This document shows, piece by piece, positions 26,918 to 36,821 of a DNA stretch of 64,000 nucleotides. The stretch covers positions 8,106-72,105 of the forward strand of contig CANLUY010000004.1 of assembly GCA_947494435.1 (NCBI GenBank). Direction: 5' to 3'. The notes beneath the pieces are model-generated. The model worked only from the letters and a program-made list of their open reading frames with translations, made no database searches and had not been told where the DNA came from. The first letter of the stretch is position 1, and each line of letters opens with the position of its first letter. The position numbers and the translations under genes were made by a program. This DNA comes from an uncultured Litoreibacter sp. (GTDB lineage Bacteria; Pseudomonadota; Alphaproteobacteria; Rhodobacterales; Rhodobacteraceae).

Positions 26918-29270
26918 CGAAGCGGTCGATCTCCGCACGATGACGCCAGACTGGTATGCCCGCGAAACCCGCCTCGCGCATATGCTGCCGTACGTCAGCC
27001 TGGTCGATGACCGCACTGTGCGGACGCGGGTGAACGAGCTTTTCCAGTGCATCCGGCTCGACGGGGTCAACAGCTACACGACGGATGATGACTATCTCGA
27101 CAAGGTGACGGCGCTCTTTGCCCGGATCATCGCGCAGCTCGGGCCGGAGTTCAGCTACTACGTCCACAAAGTCTCAAAAGCAATCACGCCGGATCTCGAA
27201 CCAGTGCGCGAGGACAGTTTTGCAGGAGAAGTCGACCGGCTCTGGCGCGCGAAACTCGAAACCAGCGGCCTGCGCGACAAGACCTTGACCCTCACGGTCA
27301 TTCACCGCCCGCCCCCGAAAAGCATTCTGCCCTTCCTCAATCGCAGCGCCCCGAACCGGCTTAAGGAGGCAACGGAGAAGCGCCTACGCCGTCTGGGCGA
27401 GGCCGTGAATGTCTTCCTCTCTGGCCTGACAGAGCTGAACCCGCGCGTACTAACCGCCAAGAGTGGTGAGTTGATCGGCTTTCTGGGTGCCCTCAACACC
27501 GGCCAGGAATTGCCGCTCTATCCGGCAAACACCTACGGCTTTCTGTCATTCAACGTGGCCAACACTCGCGTAACGTTTCAAGGCGATCACTTCGAGCTCA
27601 CCGAAGGCGTCGTGGGCCATCGCTACGGCAAGAGCTTCACCATCGGGGAATACTCCGAAGCCACCTCCTGCACCATGTTCGACATGCTGAACCTGCCCGT
27701 CGATATGATCGTCACGCATTCCTTCACGCCGATCAATTCGAACCTCATGGCGGGTCGGATCAAGCGGCAAAAGCGCCAGATGCAGGCCAGCCAGGACGCG
27801 GCGCTCTCACTCATGGAAGCGCTCGACATCGCGGCCGATGATCTGGAGGCCAAGCGCCAAAGCTTCGGCGAGCACCACATGGTCGTGACAATCTTCTGTG
27901 ACACGCTCGACGAGCTACAGACACTGAGCGCCGAGATCGTCAACGCGGCCGCCGCCGAAGGTGTAAAGATGATCGGCGAGCGGGTCGCGGCCAAGGCACA
28001 TTACCTGAGCCAGCATCCCGGCAACCAGCCCAAGCGCGTGCGTGCCAGCGCGATCACCAATCGCAACTTCGCGGATTTCGCGGCGTTTCATCGGACCCAG
28101 CTCGGCAAACCAGCGGAGAAAACGCCTTGGGGCAAGATCATCACCTACCTGCCCACGCCCGAGCAGAGCGCGTACCGATTCTCTTACCACGAGCAAGGCA
28201 GCCCCAAGAAAGAACCGACCAGCGGGCATACACTGATCATGGGGCGGCCCGGGTCTGGCAAATCGGTGCTCTCAGCATTCCTCATGACACAAGCTCGTCG
28301 AGCAGGGGCGCGGATCTTCGTCTTCGATTACCGTCTCGGTATGGAGATGGCGGTCCGCGCCAATGGCGGGCGCTACGCGTCTTTGAAAGCCGGACAGCCC
28401 ACAGGCCTTAACCCGCTCTGGACCGAGACTGATGCGCGCGGCACAGCATGGCTCTCGGATTGGCTCGCCACCCTGCTTTATCGTGCCGACAAGCCGCTCA
28501 CGCCGGCGCAGACCAACCGCATCCAGGAGGTCGTGCGCCAGAACGCGCAAGCCACAAACCCGGCCCTGCGGAACTGGCGGGATTTTGCGTCGCTGTTCGT
28601 GTCGACCGATGATGGCGGCGATCTGCACCAGCGCCTGTTTGAGTGGACCGAAGAGGGCCGCTACGGCTGGATCTTCGGGCAGACGCTGGAAGACACCTTC
28701 TCGCTGAAGGGCGATGTGGTGGGCTTCGATCTGACCGGCATTCTCGACAGCGAGGGAGAGAAGGAGCGGATGGCCGTCCTTTCCTATCTCTTTCGCCGGG
28801 TCGAGCGCGAGATCGAGGATCGTCGTCCCACGATCATCGTCATCGACGAGGCATGGAAGGCGCTCGACAATGCGTATTTCGCAGAGCGGCTCTCAAACTG
28901 GCTGGTGACCGCACGCAAACAAAACACCGTCGCGGTGATGATGACACAATATGCTAGCCAGCTCGAGCGCACCCGAACCGGCAAGACCATCGTCGAGGCC
29001 GTGCCGACGCAAATCCTCCTCCCGAACATCCGCGCCCATGCTGCCGATTATGCGATGTTGAACCTCTATGAGAAGGAACTCGACGTGCTTCTCAATACCG
29101 GCAGCGACAGCCGCCTCGCCCTCATCCGCGATGATCAGGGCTCCATCGTCGTCGATACCGATCTGAGCGCCCTTGGGCCAAATCTCACCATCCTCGGCGG
29201 CATGGAGAAAGGCGAGGCGCTGGTCGGTGCCGGTTACCGCGACCGCCCAGACTTTTGGAGGCTTTCATGA
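26907..29270 (+). CDS. virB4: VirB4 ATPase
   Basis: Walker A GRPGSGKS, Walker B IIVIDEAW, ARKQN, MTQY. Confidence 0.95.
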   Translation: MPRDEAVDLRTMTPDWYARETRLAHMLPYVSLVDDRTVRTRVNELFQCIRLDGVNSYTTDDDYLDKVTALFARIIAQLGPEFSYYVHKVSKAITPDLEPVREDSFAGEVDRLWRAKLETSGLRDKTLTLTVIHRPPPKSILPFLNRSAPNRLKEATEKRLRRLGEAVNVFLSGLTELNPRVLTAKSGELIGFLGALNTGQELPLYPANTYGFLSFNVANTRVTFQGDHFELTEGVVGHRYGKSFTIGEYSEATSCTMFDMLNLPVDMIVTHSFTPINSNLMAGRIKRQKRQMQASQDAALSLMEALDIAADDLEAKRQSFGEHHMVVTIFCDTLDELQTLSAEIVNAAAAEGVKMIGERVAAKAHYLSQHPGNQPKRVRASAITNRNFADFAAFHRTQLGKPAEKTPWGKIITYLPTPEQSAYRFSYHEQGSPKKEPTSGHTLIMGRPGSGKSVLSAFLMTQARRAGARIFVFDYRLGMEMAVRANGGRYASLKAGQPTGLNPLWTETDARGTAWLSDWLATLLYRADKPLTPAQTNRIQEVVRQNAQATNPALRNWRDFASLFVSTDDGGDLHQRLFEWTEEGRYGWIFGQTLEDTFSLKGDVVGFDLTGILDSEGEKERMAVLSYLFRRVEREIEDRRPTIIVIDEAWKALDNAYFAERLSNWLVTARKQNTVAVMMTQYASQLERTRTGKTIVEAVPTQILLPNIRAHAADYAMLNLYEKELDVLLNTGSDSRLALIRDDQGSIVVDTDLSALGPNLTILGGMEKGEALVGAGYRDRPDFWRLS

Positions 29271-29434
29271 TTCGTACCCTGTTTCTTCTCACCGCGCTCG
29301 GCGCTTTGGCCTCCTGCGCCCAGTACCGGGCACCGCAAGCCAACTGCTTCACCTTTCTTGCCGCAGTGGCACCGGTTGCGCCGGATTGCACGTTCACGCC
29401 CCTTGGTGCACCGGAGGGTGACATTGAGGTCTAA
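29267..29434 (+). CDS. 55-aa lipoprotein (VirB7-like or entry-exclusion candidate)
   Basis: MIRTLFLLTALGALASCAQYRAPQANC...; lipobox LASC; ATGA overlap with virB4 stop; not in ORF track. Confidence 0.7.
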   Translation: MIRTLFLLTALGALASCAQYRAPQANCFTFLAAVAPVAPDCTFTPLGAPEGDIEV

Positions 29435-30578
29435 GTTGCCCCATATCCTGACGCTTTGCCTGCTCCCCAGTCTCGCCCTGTCCCAAGGTGTGCCAACTAA
29501 TGACGGCGGGCTGACCGCGCGCGATATCGTCGAGACTGGAGATAGGGAGGTCGACCTCGCGGTCCAGGCCGACAAGCTTGCCGTGCGCGAACTCATCGCC
29601 GAGATCGAACGGGAGCAGCTGGAAACCCTGCAACGCATTCTCGATGCCCAAACCAGCTTCGGCGGTCAGGGCTTGCCGGCCATGGTCTCTGGGCTCGAAA
29701 GCGGCAGCGGCGATCCGGACCGCTCCGTTGAGGCGGTCTACGGAAGTGCCGAAATCGATCCCAACCCCGGCGGCGCGCAGATGTTCGGTGATGCGGCGGA
29801 AAACATCGAGCAACTCATCATCCGCGTGGCTCAAGAGACCAGCGGGTTTGCGGGCGTAGGTCGCGCGGGCCTCTCCCCAGTTCAGTGGCGGGCCCTTCTG
29901 CAGGCGCTCATCTGGCAGGAAAGCCGTTTCACCATCGGTGCCCGCTCGCCGGTAGGGGCCTTCGGCCTCACCCAGATTATGCCGGGCACCGCCAGCGATC
30001 TCGGCATCAACCCGGAATATTATGACAGCCCCTATCTGCAGGTGCATGGCGGCGCACGCTATCTCGCAACGCAACTCAACACCTTCGATGGCAACATCAT
30101 CAACGCGCTCGCAGCTTATAATGCCGGCCCCGGTCGCGTGTTCGAATACGGCGGTGTCCCGCCCTTCCGCGAGACCCAGCACTACGTCCAGGCCATCCCC
30201 GAACGCTACAATCTTTACCTAAGTCGCATCGGCGGGATTGAAGCGCTCGGCACGATCGACCCCGCGCTTCTCGCCAATGCTAACCTCTCGATCACCGGGC
30301 ACAGCGCAGCTTTCTATGGCAACAACTCGCCCGCCGCGATCCGACAGGCCGCCTTGCGCATCGCGGACATCGTCGAGCGGATTTCCGAGACGGAAGACGT
30401 GCAGGAAAGCATCGCGCTCAACACCTATGCCCGCGCCGAACTCGTCCGCCTCGTCGCCGCGCGTATTCGACTTCAGGCGGCGCGTACCCGCGTTCTCTCC
30501 GCCGAGGAATTGGCACAAGCCAGCGCCCGCATGGCCGAGCGGGCGTTCATGGAATTCACGATCAGGGAGATTGATTGA
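29424..30578 (+). CDS. VirB5-like protein with inserted lytic transglycosylase (SLT) domain
   Basis: Central [28 protein letters not shown]; termini align with neighbouring VirB5; TTG start after GGAGG. Confidence 0.8.
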   Translation: MRSKLPHILTLCLLPSLALSQGVPTNDGGLTARDIVETGDREVDLAVQADKLAVRELIAEIEREQLETLQRILDAQTSFGGQGLPAMVSGLESGSGDPDRSVEAVYGSAEIDPNPGGAQMFGDAAENIEQLIIRVAQETSGFAGVGRAGLSPVQWRALLQALIWQESRFTIGARSPVGAFGLTQIMPGTASDLGINPEYYDSPYLQVHGGARYLATQLNTFDGNIINALAAYNAGPGRVFEYGGVPPFRETQHYVQAIPERYNLYLSRIGGIEALGTIDPALLANANLSITGHSAAFYGNNSPAAIRQAALRIADIVERISETEDVQESIALNTYARAELVRLVAARIRLQAARTRVLSAEELAQASARMAERAFMEFTIREID

Positions 30579-31387
30579 TGGGACATTTACTCATGAGAAC
30601 GGCCTTGGCGACGACGCTTGGGATTGGCCTGCATCTTGGCACCCTGTCCCCCGCCCTGGCGCAAGGCGTGCCCGTCGTCGATACCCAGAACATCGCCCAA
30701 AATATCCAGCAGCTCCGGCAGATGATCGAAGACGAGATCCTGCAAAACGAGCAGCTGACGCAGCTCCGCGAACAGCTTGCCACACTCACGGAACAACTTG
30801 GCGAATTGCAACGCACCTATGAGGCGCTGACCCGTCTCGCCGAACTTCCAGAAATCATCCGCACTGAGATGGAGGATGAGCTGAACGGCCTGCTCGACCA
30901 AGAGTTCGGGGACATCCTCGCCACGATCGAGGCCATCAAGACCGGAGACTTCTCTGGCCTCTCCGGCTCCGGCGCGGGCGAGATCGAAACCCAAATGGAT
31001 CGGGTCTTGGCCGATCTCGGCTTTGACGATGACACGCTCTCGGAAATGGCCAACAGCGGCAATCCCGGGGCCAACCGCGTGGCCACGCAAGCCACGACCG
31101 GCGCGCTCGTCTCGGCTGCGGCCCAGAACAGTTACGAGGATGCCGGGCAATCGCTCGAACGGGTCGACCGACTGATCGGGCTGATCGACGACATGGACGA
31201 GCTCAAGGAAAGCGTGGATCTCAATACACGCGTCACAGCGGAACTGGCGATTGCGCTCGTCGCAATGTGGCAGCTCGAAGCGGTGCAAACCGTGGGCGAC
31301 GGCACCGGTGGCGTGATCGATGCCGCCACCATCGCCGAAGAGCAGCGCTTCATGGATTTCACCCTGCCTGAACTCAGTGCAGATTGA
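30578..31387 (+). CDS. virB5: VirB5 minor pilin/tip protein
   Basis: AQGVPVVD, QLTQLREQL coiled coil, KESVDLNTR. Confidence 0.85.
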   Translation: MGHLLMRTALATTLGIGLHLGTLSPALAQGVPVVDTQNIAQNIQQLRQMIEDEILQNEQLTQLREQLATLTEQLGELQRTYEALTRLAELPEIIRTEMEDELNGLLDQEFGDILATIEAIKTGDFSGLSGSGAGEIETQMDRVLADLGFDDDTLSEMANSGNPGANRVATQATTGALVSAAAQNSYEDAGQSLERVDRLIGLIDDMDELKESVDLNTRVTAELAIALVAMWQLEAVQTVGDGTGGVIDAATIAEEQRFMDFTLPELSAD

Positions 31388-31402
31388 TCTGAGGTGTGAC
31401 GC

Positions 31403-32056
31403 GTGGCGAGTGAACAGGACATCATTGAAGAAGAGCTGGTCTATGGTGCCCTGCGCCGTGAACGGCTCTGGCAGCGCCTTGGGCTCATCGGGCTCATCTT
31501 CGGCATTCTCGGATGCCTGAGCGCAGCGGCTATCGCAATTCTCGATGTCGATCCGCCACCTGTGGTCGTGCCCTATGATCCCGCCACCGGCTTTGCCCTG
31601 CCCGAGGCGTCTGTGGGCGCGACGTCGGTCACAGCCAACCAGGCGGTCATCGAGGCGGAGGTCTTCCGCTATGTGACTGACCGCGAGGTCTACAACCAGC
31701 TCGACAATGATCTGCGGATCCGCAGCGTCTTGCGCCGCTCGGACGGGGCGGCCGAGAGCGGGTTACGCCAGATCTGGAACAGCGCAAATGAGAACTACCC
31801 GCCGACGGTCTATGGCCTCAATGCCCGGCTTGATGTGGAAATCCTCAGCATCAACCGCATCGGCACCAATCGCGCCACGGTCCGCCTGCGCAAGCGTCTG
31901 ACATCCATAAATGGCGTCCAGACCGGGCTCTTCACCGCCACGCTTCTTTTCGAGTTCCGCCCTGAGACCCGCCGCTCCATTGATGAGGTATGGACCAATC
32001 CCTTCGGCTTTACCGTGCTCGAATATTCCATCCGCTCCGACAGATTGGAGAACTAG
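31403..32056 (+). CDS. virB8: VirB8
   Basis: Single TM, RYVTDREVY, NPFGFTVLEY. Confidence 0.9.
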   Translation: MASEQDIIEEELVYGALRRERLWQRLGLIGLIFGILGCLSAAAIAILDVDPPPVVVPYDPATGFALPEASVGATSVTANQAVIEAEVFRYVTDREVYNQLDNDLRIRSVLRRSDGAAESGLRQIWNSANENYPPTVYGLNARLDVEILSINRIGTNRATVRLRKRLTSINGVQTGLFTATLLFEFRPETRRSIDEVWTNPFGFTVLEYSIRSDRLEN

Positions 32057-32057
32057 T

Positions 32058-32753
32058 TTGATCAGTAAGTTCTATGTCGCTGGCCTATTTGCCCTATTGC
32101 CCGGCCTCGCCTTCGCCGAAGCCATTCCGCGCGGTGGCCCCAATGACAGCCGCGTACGCTTGGCCACCTACCAGGAGGGCCAGGTCTATCGCCTCAGCGT
32201 GTCGCTCACCCATGTGACCACCATCGAGTTCGGCGAGGGCGAAAGCATCCGCTCGATCATCGCGGGGGACACGGAAGGTTTCGAGATCGACGGCGTTCCG
32301 GGTGGCCAAGCCTTCGCAATCAAGCCCGTCGCACGCGGCGTCCATACCAACGTGACCGTCTATACCAACAGTCGCAGCTACTACTTCAACGTCCAAGAGA
32401 CCGGCAGCTCGACCTTTTACGTGGTCCAGTTCCGCTACCCCGAAGACAATGCGCGGCCCACACGTGCCATTGCGGCACAGGCGCCGAACTACAATTACGG
32501 TGCCAGCGCGCGCGCCGAGTTCACCCCGACCCGCGTCTGGGATGACGGGGCGTTTACGTATTTTGAATTCCCGCGGAACGCGCCGGTGCCTGCGATCTTT
32601 CGCTACACGAATGGTCGCGAGCGGACGGTCAACACACAAGCCACCGAGGACGGCGTGATCCGGGTCTCGGGGGTGAACAGGCACTGGGTCCTGCGGATCG
32701 GAGACGAGTTAGTCTGTATCGAGGCCACACCGCCTGCAGAGGTAGGATCATGA
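32058..32753 (+). CDS. virB9: VirB9/TrbG
   Basis: DSRVR..Y, TTIEFGEGE, TNVTVYTNSRSYYF, VWDDGAFTYFEF. Confidence 0.9.
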   Translation: MISKFYVAGLFALLPGLAFAEAIPRGGPNDSRVRLATYQEGQVYRLSVSLTHVTTIEFGEGESIRSIIAGDTEGFEIDGVPGGQAFAIKPVARGVHTNVTVYTNSRSYYFNVQETGSSTFYVVQFRYPEDNARPTRAIAAQAPNYNYGASARAEFTPTRVWDDGAFTYFEFPRNAPVPAIFRYTNGRERTVNTQATEDGVIRVSGVNRHWVLRIGDELVCIEATPPAEVGS

Positions 32754-34129
32754 GCGACACCGGAAACGCGGACCTCGAGAAACGTCTCGCCGCCCTCGAA
32801 CAGGGCAAAGGCTTGAGCTCGCCCCCTGCCCCACGGCGCTCACCGCTGCTCGCTTTGGTCGTCGTCCTCGTGATCGGCGCAGGCGGCGCTCTACTCTATC
32901 TGCTTTCCCAACCCGAGGAAGAGGAAGCCCTTCCCACGGCCACGCCGGACGTGTTCCAAAGCGAAGGCGACGGGTTCGGAGCCATCGAAACTCTCCCCCC
33001 GCCTGAACCCGAGGTCGTGCTGGTCGCACCAGACCCGGTGGAACCGAATGCCGAGCTTCTGGCGCAGCTTGCAGCCCTTCAGGCTCAAATCGAGGAGTTG
33101 CGCAACGCGTCCGAACCGGTGGTCGAAGAAGATACCGCTGCCGCCGAAGCCATCGATGCGCTGACCGCCCAGATCGCGGCGCTGCAATCCGCGTCGGAAA
33201 CCGCGCAACAGCAGTTTCGCGATGAGCTCACGGCGCGTGATCGCGAGCTGGAGCAACTCCGCATGGACCTCGAACTTGCCCAACTCGAGGCCAACCGGCC
33301 CCTTCCGGCACCCATCGGCCCCACCGAGGACGAATTGCGCACGCGGGAAGAAGAGCGGCTGCGCCGCGAGGAAGAGGCACGGCGGCTGGCGGAACTTGAA
33401 CGCCGCGCGGCTGAGGAACGCGCGTTTCAGGAGCGCCGCATTACCTCGCCTACAATCGCTTTTGGCGGCACCTCCGGCGCGAATGAGACGGCCCTAACCG
33501 AACGGACTTTTGGCGAAGTGACGGATTTCGTGCTGAACGGCGCGCTGCCCACGTCCGTGACGCAAGCGGAAGTTATTGCCAATCCGTCAAACACAATTGT
33601 CCAGGGAACGATGATCCAGGCCGTCATGGAAACCGCTCTCGACAGCTCCCTGCCCGGCCAGACCCGCGCTGTGGTCTCCGAAGACGTGTTCAGTTTCGAT
33701 GGCTCCCGCCTTCTGATCCCTCGCGGATCCCGTCTCATCGGGCGCTATCGCTCCGGTGTCGATATCGCGCAGCGTCGGGTCACCATCGCCTGGGACCGGA
33801 TCATCCTGCCCGACAACCAGACCGTCCAAATCAGCTCCTTCGGGGGCGATGAACTTGGCCGCTCCGGCGTCACAGGCTTTGTCGACACCCGGTTCGATGA
33901 ACGCTTTGGCTCGGCGGCGCTGATTTCTCTGATCTCCGCCGCGCCAAGCGCCGCCGCGGCAAACGTACAGGACGAGACCAACGCAGACGTGCTCGAAGAC
34001 GTGGGCGATGATCTCGCCGATGCCACGGACAGCGTGATTGAGGACTACCTCTCCATCGGCCCCGTTATCTATGTCGACCAGGGTGCCCGCGTCACAGTCA
34101 TGGTCGACCGCGATCTGGAGATATTCTGA
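32750..34129 (+). CDS. virB10: VirB10/TrbI with long N-terminal coiled coil
   Basis: GTMIQAVMETALDS, LIPRGSRLIGRY, GFVDTRFDERFG, DQGARVTVMVDRDL. Confidence 0.93.
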   Translation: MSDTGNADLEKRLAALEQGKGLSSPPAPRRSPLLALVVVLVIGAGGALLYLLSQPEEEEALPTATPDVFQSEGDGFGAIETLPPPEPEVVLVAPDPVEPNAELLAQLAALQAQIEELRNASEPVVEEDTAAAEAIDALTAQIAALQSASETAQQQFRDELTARDRELEQLRMDLELAQLEANRPLPAPIGPTEDELRTREEERLRREEEARRLAELERRAAEERAFQERRITSPTIAFGGTSGANETALTERTFGEVTDFVLNGALPTSVTQAEVIANPSNTIVQGTMIQAVMETALDSSLPGQTRAVVSEDVFSFDGSRLLIPRGSRLIGRYRSGVDIAQRRVTIAWDRIILPDNQTVQISSFGGDELGRSGVTGFVDTRFDERFGSAALISLISAAPSAAAANVQDETNADVLEDVGDDLADATDSVIEDYLSIGPVIYVDQGARVTVMVDRDLEIF

Positions 34130-34133
34130 GCCC

Positions 34134-35120
34134 ATGTCGCTGAGCTATCTCCAGACCTCGCTTGATCGGATCGACGCCGCCGCCCGCGACGATGTCATCG
34201 AGATCTGCATCAACCCCGATGGCAGCTGTTGGGGAGAATTCCTGGGCGATCACTTCATGCGAAAACTGGACCAGAAGTTGACCGCAACAGAAGTGAAGGA
34301 CCTCGGCAACCAGATCGCCTCCTCCGCCAATACCACGATGAGCAAGGATCGTCCCATCGTGTCGGTCTCGATCACCTACAAGGGTCGACCGATCCGGGCG
34401 CAGGTCATCACTCCGCCCGCCGTGCTCTCCGCCATGTCAATCAGCCTTCGGTTCTTCTCGAACCTGCCGCTCGCCGGGATCGCGCTTGATTTTCTCTACG
34501 GCAAAGAACGCAAGCTTGAAGAACTCCGCCTCGAGAAAACCCGCGAACTCCGCGAGGTGGTGGCCGCTGGCGTCATCGACGATGCCCTGGCCTTCTGCGT
34601 CGACAACAAGCTCAACATGATCGTCTCGGGTGGCACCTCCACTGGCAAGACCGTCGCCGCGCGCAAGATCCTCTCTCATGTGCCTGCGGAAGAACGCATC
34701 GTCACCATCGAGGAAGCCGCCGAGCTTCTGCCGACCCAGCCGAATGCTGTGACCCTGATCGCCAATCGTGATGCGGAGTTCCAGACAGCCGATGTGCTGC
34801 TCACCGCGACGCTGCGCATGCGCCCCGACCGGATCATCCTCGGCGAGGTGCGCGGCAAGGAGGCCATGACTTTCCTCGAGGCGATTAACACGGGCCATGG
34901 CGGCTCCATGACCACCCTCCATGCCGAAACCCCGCAACTCGCCGTGCAACGCCTGGCTATCGCTGCGCTCAAAACCGAGATCCCGATGACCTATGCCGAC
35001 ATGATCCGGTACATCGAAAATTCCATCGATGTGATCATCCAGGCCGGACGGCACGACGGGAAGCGCGGCATCACAGAATTCTACCTCCCCGGAATAACAG
35101 AGATCGGAGTTTTCCAATGA
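34134..35120 (+). CDS. virB11: VirB11 ATPase
   Basis: GGTSTGKT, TIEEAAEL, LRMRPDRIILGEVR, NTGHGGSMTTLHA. Confidence 0.95.
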   Translation: MSLSYLQTSLDRIDAAARDDVIEICINPDGSCWGEFLGDHFMRKLDQKLTATEVKDLGNQIASSANTTMSKDRPIVSVSITYKGRPIRAQVITPPAVLSAMSISLRFFSNLPLAGIALDFLYGKERKLEELRLEKTRELREVVAAGVIDDALAFCVDNKLNMIVSGGTSTGKTVAARKILSHVPAEERIVTIEEAAELLPTQPNAVTLIANRDAEFQTADVLLTATLRMRPDRIILGEVRGKEAMTFLEAINTGHGGSMTTLHAETPQLAVQRLAIAALKTEIPMTYADMIRYIENSIDVIIQAGRHDGKRGITEFYLPGITEIGVFQ

Positions 35121-35320
35121 AGACCTTCGAATATGAAATCCTCTCTTTTCCGATGGACCGCAAAACAGCGCTCATCGAGATGCAGGCCACCCTCAACAAC
35201 AAAGGCGCAGATGGCTGGGACGTTGTTTCGATCAGCAGCTCTGAGTTCGCCAACATCGGACATACCGCGTTTTTGAAGCGTGAGATCACAAGCAAACAGC
35301 CTTCAAAGACCGCCTTATGA
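35117..35320 (+). CDS. DUF4177-like small protein
   Basis: FEYEIL...LNNKGADGWDVVS motif. Confidence 0.7.
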   Translation: MKTFEYEILSFPMDRKTALIEMQATLNNKGADGWDVVSISSSEFANIGHTAFLKREITSKQPSKTAL

Positions 35321-35730
35321 TGCGTTTCAGATCCCAAACTATCGTCGCTGCGCTGTTGCTGGGTTTAATTGTCCAACCTTCATCTGCGGAGAATGATCTC
35401 ATCCCAAGCATGGAACGAGACTACGACATCTGCCCAAATCGACCGCTTGAACCTGAGTGGATGCAGCAAATCCCGCTCCGCGAGGTCTACCAACGTGTTC
35501 TGGTACAAGACATTTATCGTGCGCAGAGCATGGAAAGGATTGTTGCGACGGGCGAGTGCGCCTGCGCCATTCGCTTTCCGGCTTGGGATGAAGCCGTAAC
35601 CACGTTTCATGACAATTACGCGGATGCGGAACGGTGGGACATGTTGGAAGCCTCAGACACCTACAACCGACGCGCCAACGACCTACGCCCAGAGGCAATG
35701 GAGATCTGCGAAGCTGCGAGCAATTGGTGA
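35317..35730 (+). CDS. Secreted Cys-containing hypothetical protein in the virB operon
   Basis: Signal peptide, four Cys incl. CAC; coupled to neighbours. Confidence 0.7.
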   Translation: MMRFRSQTIVAALLLGLIVQPSSAENDLIPSMERDYDICPNRPLEPEWMQQIPLREVYQRVLVQDIYRAQSMERIVATGECACAIRFPAWDEAVTTFHDNYADAERWDMLEASDTYNRRANDLRPEAMEICEAASNW

Positions 35731-35742
35731 GGTATTTGAGAG

Positions 35743-36819
35743 ATGAGCGTCGTTACGTATTTCGTTGAAACATCTCAGGGTTACCTCGACACTGCCGCCG
35801 AGACTCAGTTCGGTTCGGTGGCAGCGACAGTCGGCACCCTGCTCGTGCTTGGAACGACGCTGGTTGTGATTTTCGTCTTCCTGAATATGATTTATCAGTA
35901 CAAGGCGATGGACGGGCGCACCGCCTTTTGGCTCGCGGTGAAGATCGGTTTGATAGGAATATTTGCGACCAACTGGGTTCAGTTCAACGCCCTCTCTTCT
36001 GCCATTCTAAACGGGATCGACAGCATCGCTGGAGCGCTTGTGGCCTCCGTCGGCGGCGGTGCTCCGGGCCCATCCGGCACCTTCGCGGAAGAATTTGATC
36101 GGCTCATCTCGGAACTCGGTGAATACCTCAATGCGGCGGGGTCAGAGCTCAACTGGATGGCCGGGGCGATGCTCGACATCGTTGGAGTCTTGATGCTTTC
36201 AATCCTGGGTGGTCTGGCAGCATTCATCCTAGTCGCCTCGCGCTTGATGATTGCCCTGCTGATCGGAATCGCGCCCGTGATGATCTTTCTGACGCTCTTT
36301 GATGTCACCAAGGACTACTTTGCCCGCTGGCTATCCGCGTTGGTGTCTTTTGCGATCTACCCGATCGTGGTCGCGGGCGTGTTCGCGACAATCACGGGCG
36401 TGTCATCCGCGCTCATCGGCGAACTCGGTGATCCCGAAGGAGCCACGAATATTGGTGCGCTTATCCCCTTCTTCATGATGGTCCTCATGGCGAAGGGCTT
36501 TATCATCGCGACGCCATTTATCGTTCGCGCAATCTCCGGGAACATCATGATGCCGGCGTTGTCGGGAGGGCTCGCTGGCAGTTATGGCTTCGCCCGTGCT
36601 GCCATGGGAAGCCAGCAGGCCTACAATCGCTTTCTTGTCGGTGGCGCAAGTGGGGCAGAATACGCCGCTCTTCGTGCAAGGCAATTCATCGGGGCACAAC
36701 AGATGCCTCAGCGACCGGGCATGGCGCAGGTTTCGCCCGCCGCGAATAATCCATCCACAGGAACGGGGTCGCGAATGCTGGCGCAGTTGGCAAGGTTGGG
36801 CAGACTAGGGAGGCGATAG
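35743..36819 (+). CDS. virB6: VirB6/TrbL
   Basis: Multi-TM with IAPVMIFLTLFDVTKDYFARW motif; located after virB11. Confidence 0.88.
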   Translation: MSVVTYFVETSQGYLDTAAETQFGSVAATVGTLLVLGTTLVVIFVFLNMIYQYKAMDGRTAFWLAVKIGLIGIFATNWVQFNALSSAILNGIDSIAGALVASVGGGAPGPSGTFAEEFDRLISELGEYLNAAGSELNWMAGAMLDIVGVLMLSILGGLAAFILVASRLMIALLIGIAPVMIFLTLFDVTKDYFARWLSALVSFAIYPIVVAGVFATITGVSSALIGELGDPEGATNIGALIPFFMMVLMAKGFIIATPFIVRAISGNIMMPALSGGLAGSYGFARAAMGSQQAYNRFLVGGASGAEYAALRARQFIGAQQMPQRPGMAQVSPAANNPSTGTGSRMLAQLARLGRLGRR

Positions 36820-36821
36820 AG

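Noticed and set aside
29394-30182. Long antisense ORFs across T4SS and ABC genes (e.g. 29394..30182, 34437..35117, 19647..20345, 53949..54911)
   Set aside because: Shadow frames opposite well-supported genes in GC-rich DNA, with no motifs
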